Shown here piece after piece: positions 1-13,174 of a stretch of DNA of 51,029 nt (positions are counted from its first letter, which is position 1; the number at the start of each line of letters is the position of its first letter). This DNA is from Octopus bimaculoides (taxonomy: Eukaryota), in contig NC_069008.1 of assembly GCF_001194135.2 (NCBI RefSeq), positions 101,754-152,782 on the forward strand, written 5' to 3'. A program made the translations under genes and the position numbers. The notes under the pieces were generated by a model. The model saw only the letters and a program-made list of their open reading frames with translations, was not told where the DNA came from and did no database searches.

Positions 1-199
1 TAACTGTTTATTATTAACAGCAAAATAATCATCATCCCAACTTAATCAAATTAATCATAATTCCCCCAAAATATTAGATATCGAACCAGTATTTCTTTGG
101 ATGAAACCATCCCTTCACGAGGTTAACACAATCTCTTATAGAATATATATATATAAATGTGTAAGGTGCCTGTCGTATGTGTGTTTGGGATTACTCTAA

Positions 200-465
200 T
201 TCCTCCCACGCCGTCCAACCGATTTTAATGATTTTTGGCACATAGGTAGAGCACATGCCCTTGAACAGCATATTACTCTCAACAGCCCATTTATATATTG
301 CGTTCAGGTCATTCTGCAGTCTTAGGATCCTTGACCGCCTGCGATAATTTTGTATCCTCAGCGTAGCTGGTGACTGTGATGAAGGCATGTCCAAGAGAGC
401 AGCCACAAACAGTAATGGTCCCAACACTGTTCGCTGAGGGACTCCACTGACGAAATGCTTCGAGG
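200..465 (-). mobile_element. Degenerate non-LTR retrotransposon (CR1/L2-like) reverse transcriptase fragment
   Basis: Translation SGVPQRTVLGPLLFVAALLDMP...LQNDLNAIYKWAVESNMLF matches the SGVPQGSVLGPLLF and LQxDLxxIxxWA motifs of CR1/L2 RTs. The YADD motif is missing, so it is a decayed copy. Confidence 0.8.
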
Positions 466-575
466 TATTTCGTCTGCCTTTACGCTTTGATTTCAAATTC
501 CTCCGAGGCTGACTTTGCTTTTTATTTTTTGGGGGTCGATAAACTAAGTACCAGTTGCGAACTGTTGTCGATCTA
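466..575 (-). mobile_element. SINE-like dispersed repeat, family A (ggtacttatttatcgacccc...aaggatgaaaggcaaagtcaacctc...atttgaactcag)
   Basis: The same core recurs at ~6160-6310(+), 10365-10575(+), 29440-29635(-), 43905-44095(+) and 46565-46715(+). Confidence 0.7.
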
Positions 576-1663
576 ATCAATTGGCCCACTCCACAAAATT
601 CCTGGGCCCTATGCCTAAGAGTAGAAAAGAATATTAGCCATATAAAGAATAATTCGCCATATATGATATTCTTAGAGTGATTTCCCCTTGCAATAAGATT
701 TCCTGCCTCGTAACATTGCACGGAATAATTTTTCCTCTCCTTCTGACAGTGTTTTTCTGTGTTTCTCTTTATCATTTCCAATCAGGAACAAATAATAACG
801 ATCCTCTCAACATGCTGTGTGTCAGTGGGATTATATGAAAGCCCATCTTTTGATAAGCTTTCCAAGTTTAATCAATGTTGTCTATGATAATTGTGTGGAT
901 TATATTGGAATGTTGAGAGATTTACAGCATTTGTCAGGTTAAGAACCAGTTTCATCTCCAGCTTTATTGATATCTCTTAATCCAGGTAAATATGATGGAA
1001 ACCNNNNNNNNNNNNNNNNNNNNNNNNNNNNNNNNNNNNNNNNNNNNNNNNNNNNNNNNNNNNNNNNNNNNNNNNNNNNNNNNNNNNNNNNNNNNNNNNN
1101 NNNNNNNNNNNNNNNNNNNNNNNNNNNNNNNNNNNNNNNNNNNNNNNNNNNNNNNNNNNNNNNNNNNNNNNNNNNNNNNNNNNNNNNNNNNNNNNNNNNN
1201 NNNNNNNNNNNNNNNNNNNNNNNNNNNNNNNNNNNNNNNNNNNNNNNNNNNNNNNNNNNNNNNNNNNNNNNNNNNNNNNNNNNNNNNNNNNNNNNNNNNN
1301 NNNNNNNNNNNNNNNNNNNNNNNNNNNNNNNNNNNNNNNNNNNTTCTAACAAACTTATATATTGTGACACACACATACTATAACACCTCATAGTATACAA
1401 CACATAGTGAGATGTTGAATGAAATACAGAAGATGTTTGTGAAATTATCAGCAAAATATACTTCTAAGTGAATGTGTCAATGGCTTCTCTATGAATGAAT
1501 GTGAGAGTTTGTGACTGAGTTATGTTACACCTAGAAATAAAAGACCGTCCACTTGGTGTCAGAACACATTGTCGTCTCTCATCACTGCCACCAGACAATG
1601 TTTATCTCTTGTCTATATCAATATATTAGACCTGAAGACGCAAGGTAGACCACTAGACATTAC

Positions 1664-4600
1664 AACGAACGAACGAAACTAACGAACGAACGAACGAACG
1701 AACGAAGCAACGTACATACGTACGATTGTCAAACGTACGAACTAAAGAACGTAGTTTCGTACGTAGGTACGTAAGTACGTACGAACGAATTAATGTACGT
1801 ACTTACGTACCTAGTAACGAAAGAATGAACGAACGAATGAACGAAAGAAAGAACGAACGAACGCACTAACAAGCGGACGGACGTAAGTACGTACGAAAGA
1901 ACGAACGATAGAACGAATATCGTACTACGTAAGTACGTACGAACGAACGAATGTACGTACATACGTACGAATGAACGAACGAACGAACCAACGAAAGAAC
2001 GAAGGAAAGAAAGAACTTAGTTATATACTTACGTACGTGCGAAGGAACGGACGAACGTACGGAAGTCCGTAAATACGTCTGTACGCACGAACGAAGGAAC
2101 GAAAGAACGAACGAACGAACCAAGCAAACGAACGAACGACCGATCGAACGAACGAATTAACGAACACACGTACGTACATGCGAACGAACGAACGAATGAA
2201 CGAATATACGTAGGGACGAACGAAGGAACGAAGGAAGGAACGAACGAACGAACGAACTNNNNNNNNNNNNNNNNNNNNNNNNNNNNNNNNNNNNNNNNNN
2301 NNNNNNNNNNNNNNNNNNNNNNNNNNNNNNNNNNNNNNNNNNNNNNNNNNNNNNNNNNNNNNNNNNNNNNNNNNNNNNNNNNNNNNNNNNNNNNNNNNNN
2401 NNNNNNNNNNNNNNNNNNNNNNNNNNNNNNNNNNNNNNNNNNNNNNNNNNNNNNNNNNNNNNNNNNNNNNNNNNNNNNNNNNNNNNNNNNNNNNNNNNNN
2501 NNNNNNNNNNNNNNNNNNNNNNNNNNNNNNNNNNNNNNNNNNNNNNNNNNNNNNNNNNNNNNNNNNNNNNNNNNNNNNNNNNNNNNNNNNNNNNNNNNNN
2601 NNNNCGAATGAACGAATATACGTAGGGACGAACGAAGGAACGAAGGAAGGAACGAACGAACGAACGAACTACCGTGTGTACGTACGTAGGTACGTGCGTA
2701 CGAATGAACGAATGAATGAACGAACAAACGACCGGAAGACCGTAAGTACGTACAAACGAACGAAAGAACGAACGAACGAACGAATGAATGAACAAACAAA
2801 TGAACGTACGTAAGATGGAACGAACGAACGTACATACGCATGTTTGTACGTAATTACGAAATATCGAACGAATGTACGTACGTACGAACGAATATACGTA
2901 CGTACGAACGAACGAACGAATGAACGAGCAAACGAATGAAGGTCCGTACGTACGTCCGAAAGAAAGAACGAACGTAAGTACGTAAGAAGGAACGATCGAA
3001 CAAACGGCTGAACGGACGAACGAACGTATGTAAGTACGTACCTTCCTACGTACGAACGAACGAACGTTAGAACGAAAGTACGTAAGTTCGTACGTACGTC
3101 CGTACGTACGAACGAACGAAAGAAAGAACGTATGGAAATAGGTACGTGCGAACGAACGAACGGACGAACGTACGTACGTGTGTTTGTACGTAGGCCCCAA
3201 ATATCGAACGAATGAACGAACGAATGAACGAACAAAAAAATGAACGTATGTACGTACGTACGTACGTCCGAAAGAACGAAGGAAAGTACGTACGTGGAAG
3301 AAAGAAACGAACGAATGAACGAAAGAGGGAACGAACGAAGGAACGTACTTATATATGTCCGAACGTACGAACGAACAAACGAAATAGCAAACATACGTAC
3401 GTAGAAACAAACAAACGAACGAACGTACGTACGTACGAAAGATCGAACGAACGAAATGAACGAACGGACGGACGAAAGAACGAACGAACGTATGTATGTA
3501 AGTACGTACATACCTGCAAATGAACGAACGAATGAACGATCGAACGAAAGAAAGACATAAAGAACGAATGAACGAACGAAAGAACGAACGAGCAAATGAA
3601 CGTACGTAGGTCCGAACGAACGTACTACGAATGAACGTACGTACGAATAAACGAACGAAAGAACGTACGTACGTACGAACGAACGAACGGACGGATTTAC
3701 GTACGCAAGTACGAACGATGGTACGATCGTACGTACGAACGAACGCAACAAACGAACGAACGAAAGAACAAACGAATTAACGAACGAACGAGCGAAAGAA
3801 AGAACGTACTACGTACGTACGTACAGACGAACGGACAAACGAACGAATGAACGAACGAACGAAAGACTGGACGAACGAAAGAACGAATGAACAAACGAAC
3901 GAATAAACAAATGTACGTACGTAAGAACAAACGAAGGAACCAACCAGCGAAAGATCGAACGTACGTATTTAGGATGGAACGATGAAACAAACTAACGAAC
4001 GAACGAATGTACGTACGTAAGTATGGAATAGGCACAAAATATCGAACGAACGTACGTACGAACGAACAAACGAATGAACGAATGAATGAATGAACAAACG
4101 TACGTACATACATACGTAAGTACGACCGAACAAACCTACATACGTACGTACGTACAAAAGAACGAACGAACGAACGAAAGAACGAATGAACAAACAAACA
4201 AATGAACAAATAAACGAATGAATGTACGAACGTATGCACGTACGTCCGAAAGAACGAACAAATGTACGCATGTACGACGGTGAGAAAGGACAAACGAACG
4301 AACGTACGTACGTGCGTACCTACGAACAAACGAACGAAAGAACGAAAGAATGTACGTACATATCTCCGTACGTACGAACGAACGCACGAACGAACGAACG
4401 AACATAAGTACGTACGTACGAACGAGCGAACGAACAAAATGAAAGAACGAACGAACGTACGTATGTACGTACATACATACGTACGAATGAACGAACGAAC
4501 GAACGTACTTATGTACGAACGTACGTACGTACATACGTACGAACGTACGAACGAACAAAGGTACGTACGTACGAAAGATCGAACGAACGTCCGTACGTAA

Positions 4601-5344
4601 GAACGAACGTACGTACGTAAGAACGAACGTACGTACGTACGAAAAAACGAACGAACGAACCAAACGAACGAACGACCGATCGTACGAACGAATTAACGAA
4701 CACACGTACGTACATGCGAACGAACGAAAGAACGAACAAACGAACGTAGGTACGTACGTGCGTACGTACGACCGAACGAACGAAGGAACGTACCAACGTA
4801 CGTACGCACGAACGAACGAATGTACGTATTACGTACGTACGAACGAAAGAAACAAACGAAAGAACGAAAGAACGAACGAAGGAACAAACGAATAAACGAA
4901 ACAAACAAACGAACGAACTAACGAAAGAATGAAAGAACACACAAAAGGACGAACGAACTAAATAACAAGAGAAAGACCGATCGAGCGAACGAACGTACGT
5001 AAGTACGAACGAACGGATGAAAGAAAGAACGTACGAACGTAAGAACAAACGAAAGAACGATTGAACAAACGAATGAACGAATGAATGTACGTACGTACGT
5101 ACGTACGTGCATAATTACGTAGGAAGGAAAGAACGAAAGTAGGAAGGAAAGAACGAACGTAGGAGAGAAAGAACGAACGTAGGAACGAACGAACGAACGT
5201 AGGAAGGAAAGAAAGAACGTAGGAAGGAAAGAACGAACGTAGGAAAGAACGAACAAATGTAGGAAGAAAAGAACGAACGTAGGAAAGAACGAAAGAACGT
5301 AGAAAGGAAAGAACGAACGTAGGAACGAACGAACGAACGTAGGA
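1664..5344. repeat. Compound tetranucleotide satellite (GAAC/GTAC/GAAT/AAAC/GAAA words), CpG-dense, interrupted by gap 2259-2604
   Basis: Direct reading. It ends in ~20-bp ACGTAGGAAGGAAAGAACGA units (~5117-5344). The overlapping FVRS/TYVR ORFs are translations of this repeat. Confidence 0.95.
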
Positions 5345-5444
5345 NNNNNNNNNNNNNNNNNNNNNNNNNNNNNNNNNNNNNNNNNNNNNNNNNNNNNNNN
5401 NNNNNNNNNNNNNNNNNNNNNNNNNNNNNNNNNNNNNNNNNNNN

Positions 5445-5950
5445 ATCACCCTCGCCACCATCCCCTTCATATTTCACCCTTTTCGCCACCATCGCCCTCT
5501 TACATCATTTTTGTCACTACCGCCTCCCTCATACATCACCCCTCGCCTCCACCTCCATCCTCACAGACCACTTTGCCACCCCCATCCCCTTCATACATCT
5601 TACTTGCCACTACCGCCGCCCTCAAACACGATTATCTCCTCCTACGCCTCCCTCTTTGAACTATACTACTCCCTCCGCCACTCTCATCCACCACTACCAC
5701 CTTCGACGCCATCTTTTACCACCACCTCCGCCGCCCTGTTACACTACCACCATCACCAACTCCGCCCTCTTACTCCACCACCCTCTATTTCACTGTCTTT
5801 ACCACCACCACCACCGCTGCTTTTGTCTTACACCACCACCATTGCCACCACCTGCACATATGTTGCCTGTCACCACGACTCCCACCTTATTTCATATACT
5901 CCGCCACCTCCTTCACGGCTGCTGGCTGCCATCTTTACCACCGTTACCTA
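5445..5950. repeat. C-rich low-complexity (CACC/CGCC/CTCC) tract
   Basis: Plus strand is dominated by cacc/ccacc words. The Pro/His-rich ORFs are compositional. Confidence 0.7.
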
Positions 5951-7284
5951 CGCAGTAAGTAAACTAAATGGAAGCAACTCAGTGTTGCCTCAGCGAGGAA
6001 GAAGATGCAAAGCGATCTGAAAGTCCGATTTATGAATGCTTAATGTATGCTGGATCTACTGTCAGAAATAGCAGCTAAATCTCCCTGAATCATACATATC
6101 CTTCTATCTATCTATCACCCCAGAATTTCGGAAACTACCGCCTTCTAGCAGATGTAATCATGTTTTTTACTGTCCGCGCAAGGCCTGAAATATTAGGGGA
6201 GGCAGTTAATCAATTACCTTGACCCCCACTGCTTGACTTGTACTTAATTTATTGACCCCAGATTTGAACCCACAACATGAAGTCGTATGAAATGCTGTGC
6301 ATTTTCTCCAGCAATGCTCGCTGGTTTATACATACACATACAATGTAATCATCATCACCATTTCACGTCCGCTTTCCATGCTAGCATATTCTATATGCAT
6401 ATATATTTTATGTATATATATATTTTTTATATACATATATTGTATGGTGCACCAGCATGACCGCAGCCACTTGGCTGAAACACATAAATAAAAATAAATA
6501 AAAAATATATATTATATGCACATATATATATAATTATATACATATATATATATTAAATATGTATATATTATACACATGCATAATCATTATATACATATAT
6601 TTCTTTTGTGCGTGTGTGTGTATATTTACCTAGTATTTCTGCCGTTCTAATAACCACTTGGCATTAATAAAATATCATTTATACCTTAGAATACACACAT
6701 TTTCGACGCTTCTAATAAAAGAAAAATATTTGTTTTCTCACACACACACACACACACACATGCTAGTAAGCCACGTGTGGTGTCTCGAAGATAACGACAC
6801 GATCCCACGGGCAGGAGCCCCTATTAATGGCATCGGATGCTTCAGGTTTTGTATAAGCAGACTAAAATTATCAGACGCCTTCTAACCGGCATTGTTATCA
6901 AATTCTCGCCAAGAAGTTTCTAACTGCTGCTCCCGTTTTAGACGCTACATGCCGCAAGCATGGGTTTCCCCATTCATCTATTAGAACCGGAAATAATCCT
7001 CACAGGCTTGAAACAACTCAATGAGTTCCCCATTCGCCTTTTCACACTCTGCCAACGGGACTCGTGGAAGGGTAATAACACGTCCTCGCCGACCCACAAG
7101 CTCTATCATTTTTGCTTATTTTTTTTGGTTTACTAATTAACTGACCGTAATGATTTTTCTACCTCCTGTCTGAAGAGGTATATGCTCTTCCTTGGGGTTT
7201 TTACGCTCAGACGATCCGTTTGTAAGGCTAAGTGCCTTATCGATGCAAAAGCATCGATCACCCTACGACCCTACTCCGAGGCAT

Positions 7285-7450
7285 AAGTCCAGACAGGGCT
7301 GTTTATAGAAGACCAGCAGTCGCGCCTGCATTCCAGCCTCCCCAATGGTAAATCAAAGACCAGTGACGTTGCAACTCATTTCTACAGCTGAGTGAACTGG
7401 AGCAACGTGAAATAAAGTGTCTTGCTCAAGAACACAACACACAGCCCGGT
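7285..7450 (+). mobile_element. SINE-like repeat, family E (gaagaccagcagtc...ctcatttctacagctgagtgaactggagcaacgtgaaataaagtgtcttgctcaagaacac)
   Basis: Longer copy at ~40290-40630(+) and an inverted fragment at ~25400-25520(-). Confidence 0.7.
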
Positions 7451-7877
7451 CTTTGTTCAATGAATTTAGGGCACCAGAAAAAAAAAAAAAGATGGATTTG
7501 AACCTGGCTTAATTTCATTTGCCATCACCAACAGATTGAAAATGGCAGCAACTAAAAATGATCAAACACCAGGTTTTTTAATTGATGAAGTTCCATGTTG
7601 AAAGGTCCTACAGAATCTGATTCCCAGAACTGAAACNNNNNNNNNNNNNNNNNNNNNNNNNNNNNNNNNNNNNNNNNNNNNNNNNNNNNNNNNNNNNNNN
7701 NNNNNNNNNNNNNNNNNNNNNNNNNNNNNNNNNNNNNNNNNNNNNNNNNNNNNNNNNNNNNNNNNNNNNNNNNNNNNNNNNNNNNNNNNNNNNNNNNNNN
7801 NNNNNNNNNNNNNNNNNNNNNNNNNNNNNNNNNNNAATATTGCACAAATCTTTAGGTAACTCCTGCAATTTCAGCTT

Positions 7878-8065
7878 AAAGTACCCAAAAAGTAACCAGA
7901 AAGGTTCTCTATCAGACAGACCTGTTGTGTTTCAGACTTCCATTGTTTAGAAGCCAGTTGGTGCGTCCCTCAGACATCAGTCTGCTGACCGGCCACATCG
8001 AGTGAAGTCCTACTGCCATGTGGTGTGCCTTTGCAGTGCTTCTCCCCTGTTCGTTGGAATTCTGT
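7878..8065 (+). mobile_element. Mariner 5' end fragment
   Basis: aaagtaaccagaaa..ttctct and cctcag.catcagtctg.tgaccgg...tttgcagtgcttctcccctgttc align by eye with the 5' end of the mariner at 37599-38483. Confidence 0.6.
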
Positions 8066-8344
8066 TTCCTGGAGAAAACAGTTTTTGGAGGGTGTTGAAA
8101 GAATAAGGATGGGGTAGGAGAGATAAGAGGAAGGAAACTGCAGAAGAGGGAAACCAAGGAATTGGTGGGAATTGATCTTGGGATGTTGATCCTTAGACAA
8201 GAGGTGACCAAAGACCCCTAACTAGTAGTGATACTGTAACGGAGAAGACCTAACCAAATCAGACATATATAGAAAAGAACAGATGATGATGATGGGAGAG
8301 TAATTATTACTTATGTGTGTGTACCGATGCACAAATACAAACAA

Positions 8345-8730
8345 ATATATGAAGTCTGACCCAAAAGTATCAAAACAGGACCTGCGTCAACCCATACCAA
8401 TTCTGTATTTGATCTCCTTCCAAGTTGTCCCCTTTTGAAGCCCTACAACACTTTACCAAACATCATTTGCCCTTGATGGAACCATTCCTGCAACTCCTCT
8501 TCCAAACAAAGGAAGTGACCAAGAATGCTGCTGCAGGGAAGGTCAGGCTGTGCCAAGTGGCCCCACTCTGCATTCTTCGGTTCCGTTACCATGGCAACAG
8601 TCCCAATGCTTTTTGATCAAATCTTGTGCGTGTATCATCGCCTTCATCATTTCTTTAATATGTCCATCTTCATGCTTTGTTGCATTGGACAGATTGACAG
8701 CATCCAAAGGCTGCGATAACTGCATCCTAC
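8345..8730 (-). mobile_element. Mariner 3' end remnant
   Basis: Minus translation ends KCCRASKGDNLEGD (compare mariner KCxxxxGDYFEGD). A TIR-like tatatgaagtctgacccaaaagt starts near 8345. Confidence 0.55.
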
Positions 8731-9813
8731 TAAAACGTAGGCTTTAGGATGGTTTCCAAAGCTGAACAGCCTTCCTAATGCCAACCACTTCAGAATGTGT
8801 ACTGAGTGCTTGTTTTCATGACACCAGCCCCTTAACCTGGAGTAGGGCTGCAGTAGAGAGGAAGGCAACCATAGGCTAGGGGATGAGGAGTTAAAGTACA
8901 AGGAACCAAGACACAACAGGATCTACAAGGTTACTCAAATCATTCACACAGATGAGAGTTAGGACACCCCGAGATATTTCCTTTGGAAAGTTATCTTAAC
9001 AGATGGCAGCTCTGTGAAAATTGCCCCCANNNNNNNNNNNNNNNNNNNNNNNNNNNNNNNNNNNNNNNNNNNNNNNNNNNNNNNNNNNNNNNNNNNNNNN
9101 NNNNNNNNNNNNNNNNNNNNNNNNNNNNNNNNNNNNNNNNNNNNNNNNNNNNNNNNNNNNNNNNNNNNNNNNNNNNNNNNNNNNNNNNNNNNNNNNNNNN
9201 NNNNNNNNNNNNNNNNNNNNNNNNNNNNNNNNNNNNNNNNNNNNNNNNNNNNNNNNNNNNNNNNNNNNNNNNNNNNNNNNNNNNNNNNNNNNNNNNNNNN
9301 NNNNNNNNNNNNNNNNNNNNNNNNNNNNNNNNNNNNNNNNNNNNNNNNNNNNNNNNNNNNNNNNNNNNNNNNNNNNNNNNNNNNNNNNNNNNNNNNNNNN
9401 NNNNNNNNNNNNNNNNNNNNNNNNNNNNNNNNNNNNNNNNNNNNNNNNNNNNNNNNNNNNNNNNNNNNNNNNNNNNNNNNNNNNNNNNNNNNNNNNNNNN
9501 NNNNNNNNNNNNNNNNNNNNNNNNNNNNNNNNNNNNNNNNNNNNNNNNNNNNNNNNNNNNNNNNNNNNNNNNNNNCATCTTTACTGCTGTCACCACACTT
9601 GTCATCATTAGACTTCACTGTCATCACCACACTTATCATTACAATCTTTACTGTCATCACGACACTGGCTAAACCGTCAGCATTATCACCATAACTGCTG
9701 TCGTTATAATTGTCATCATCAACATAGCCAAATGCACTGACGGTTTGTATGACGTCATAAACAGATGACCACCACCAACAAAATCTGACAATCCATCTAC
9801 CCAAAATTTCTCC

Positions 9814-12571
9814 TCAGTTCTTCTTCTTTCTCCGTCTTCGCTTGGTGTTACGACCAGCTGTAGCATTGGTGGTGGTGGTTGAGCTTGATGTTGGAGGGTA
9901 TGAAGCCGATGAGGGTGGGGTGAAGAAAGACCCCGCACCACTGCCACCACCATCACCACCACTACTGCTGTTATACCTGTTGTTGTTGTTGAAGTGTGGA
10001 GGGCCAGAACCATTGGATTGTCGACTCATGTTGAGGAGGTCATGAATGAAGTCATCCACTTCACTTTCCCTGCAAAAATAAATAAATTACATCCTTAAAT
10101 ATATACACAAAGAAGACAGATGAAGAGGAAGAAGATATATGTACGTATCCACACACACAGACACACAGACAGCAGATTGAACAACCATCACCAATATCAT
10201 TAACTGTCTTGAGCAAGAATCTCTACTTTACCCAGTCCAGAAAGATTTTGTCTTGTTCGTTGTTGGCTCAATCCTATAAGAGACTCGATGTGCATTTGAC
10301 TTCATATGTTTGAACAGTTTCTTCTGAAAACGCAAACAAATCAACAAATACATTAATAATAATAATAATCCTTTCTAGTGGAAGCACAAGGCTTCAAGTT
10401 TGGGAGAAGAGATTAAGTCGTTTACATAGAGCCAAGTGCATAACTGGTACTTATTTAATCGACCCCCAAAAGGATGAAAGGCAAAGTCAACCTCAGTGGA
10501 GTTTGAACTCAGAATGTAGTGGCAGATGAAATACTAAGAATTTCGCCCGGCGTGTTAATGATTCTGCCAGCTTGGACAGCTGATGAAGAGAGAGATGGAA
10601 AGAAGAAAAAAGATAAGAGCAGAAAGAGAAAATGAGATGGGGGGAGATAGACAGAGAGACAAAGACAGGATGAAAGAGAGGGAGAGACACTGAGAGAAAA
10701 GGAAAAAAGAGAGACAAGATGACAGAGAGAGAGAGAGAGGGGGGGAAAGAAAATGAGAAAGACAGAGAAAGAAGCAGAAATGGTTGTGGTAGTTACCTGA
10801 CAAGATACCCACTCTGTTATGTCGTATATGACTCCATCTATACAGGTGTAGTAGTGCCATAAGAAACCCAAAACTGTTGATTCAGCCCAGACATCACCCT
10901 GTCATAAACAAGACAACAAACTTAATATTTACAAACACAGCAAACCCACACAATCAGCAATTATGTATCCATATAGGCCAACACTACTGACTACTGTCAA
11001 TTCCAAATCCTTCTCCAGCCATGATACACACACACACACACACACACACAGGTAATTGAAAAAAATGGAGTCAACAAGAAGGGACAGTGATTTTTTTTAA
11101 TCACTACAATTGTTTTGATGCAATGTAGTGATTAAAAAATAAATGTCCAACCATACCCTTTCTTGTTCACTCCATTTTTTTTCAATTATCTATTTGCACA
11201 CGACAGATGCCCAGATGCAAACCTGGAAGTACATAGAATACTGCTACTGGAAAGCAGAGGGTGAAGTCTGAAGGTGGACGAGCTTTATACTGTACTCTAC
11301 TACGTTCTCAACAGAATATACCATAACTACATATACATATATATACATACATGCATACACACACACATACATATATATAGGTATGTATATATGTTAAGGT
11401 AGACGTGTGTGGACATATAAGCAGGTGTGTGAAGACAAATCTGTATCTATATACACACACACGCACATACGAGGCGTGTTAGAAAAGAAACAGGGTGTGG
11501 TCTACAGGAGTGAGGGTCACAAATAGTTATGTCAAATCCAAACTAGAAACCACAACTTTTTCCCTTCAAAATCATCTCCCTTGAGTCTAAAGCCTTTTCC
11601 CCTCCATCTCGAGCCATGCTCCCATGCATTCCTGGAAGGATTCTCCCAGGGTCCACATGAGTCTGACTTTGGAATTCGACTGTCTTCCTTTCTTCAGCCT
11701 CAAGGTCCAGGCGCTTGGACTCCTGGGTCTTACTCAAAGATCCAGGAGTCATCACCAGTAATGACTCTCCACAACAGAGCCTTCACGTTGGTACGATGCG
11801 CTGTGTCCATCACTTGACAGCTTACAATTGAGGAGATATTAAGAAAAGCCCATGGGAAAACATGCAATGGGCTGCAGGGTGCTGAGATTGCAATTATACG
11901 CTCCTCTCTTATTACGTCCCACAGGGGTCACAACCTGCTCATCCCCACACCACCCATACCTCACACAGAACCCACAAAATCCTCTTCCTTTTCTCACACA
12001 CCTTGTACAGAAAGACAAAAGGAAGAAACAAAAGGAAGAAAATACTTTGAGAATGTTCTGAGAATTTTTATTGAAAGAAGCCACTGGTTTCACTCGGTTT
12101 CAAAACACAATTTATACCAAAAGAAAAGGAAAAATAATAAATAAAAGGAAATAAAATTTTTACGATGAAATTAATCTCTCATAATATTAGTTTCGGGAGC
12201 TTTTTTTCTCTTTAGAAAAATGGTCCCATGACATTGGTATTTTTTTTCGTTTTGGGCGTTGCTGAAGTCAACATTTTCAATTTACTGACTTAATGGAGGT
12301 GAAACCGAAATGGCTGTGCCAGGACATCTCAATGAACATTAGGGAGTGCAGTCAGTCACACATGAAACATAATTAAAAGACAGTATCACTTACCTCGTTA
12401 GCTGCATGGTTTGTCTTACACGATTGGCAGTAACGAGCACTGTACCAAGGTCGAGAGAGAGGGATTCGCTGGTGCTTGCCTCCACACTTGTCACAGTTCA
12501 TCATATTAGCTTCCTGAGAAAACACACACACACACAGGATTATATATATATACATACATACATATATATAC

Positions 12572-12603
<32 letters not shown>

Positions 12604-12611
12604 ATACATAC

Positions 12612-12648
<37 letters not shown>

Positions 12649-13109
12649 NNNNNNNNNNNNNNNNNNNNNNNNNNNNNNNNNNNNNNNNNNNNNNNNNNNN
12701 NNNNNNNNNNNNNNNNNNNNNNNNNNNNNNNNNNNNNNNNNNNNNNNNNNNNNNNNNNNNNNNNNNNNNNNNNNNNNNNNNNNNNNNNNNNNNNNNNNNN
12801 NNNNNNNNNNNNNNNNNNNNNNNNNNNNNNNNNNNNNNNNNNNNNNNNNNNNNNNNNNNNNNNNNNNNNNNNNNNNNNNNNNNNNNNNNNNNNNNNNNNN
12901 NNNNNNNNNNNNNNNNNNNNNNNNNNNNNNNNNNNNNNNNNNNNNNNNNNNNNNNNNNNNNNNNNNNNNNNNNNNNNNNNNNNNNNNNNNNNNNNNNNNN
13001 NNNNNNNNNNNNNNNNNNNNNNNNNNNNNNNNNNNNNNNNNNNNNNNNNNNNNNNNNNNNNNNNNNNNNNNNNNNNNNNNNNNNNNNNNNNNNNNNNNNN
13101 NNNNNNNNN

Positions 13110-13174
<65 letters not shown>

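Noticed and set aside
939-1454. ORFs spanning N-runs here and at every other gap
   Set aside because: Length comes from X codons; they are artefacts of the gaps.
4550-5344. Regularly spaced units reminiscent of a CRISPR array
   Set aside because: No unique spacers, eukaryotic context, no cas genes; it is a simple satellite.
1729-5492. About 25 overlapping ORFs of FVRS/TYVR/NERT type, up to 417 aa
   Set aside because: They are translations of the tetranucleotide satellite, with no splice or domain evidence.
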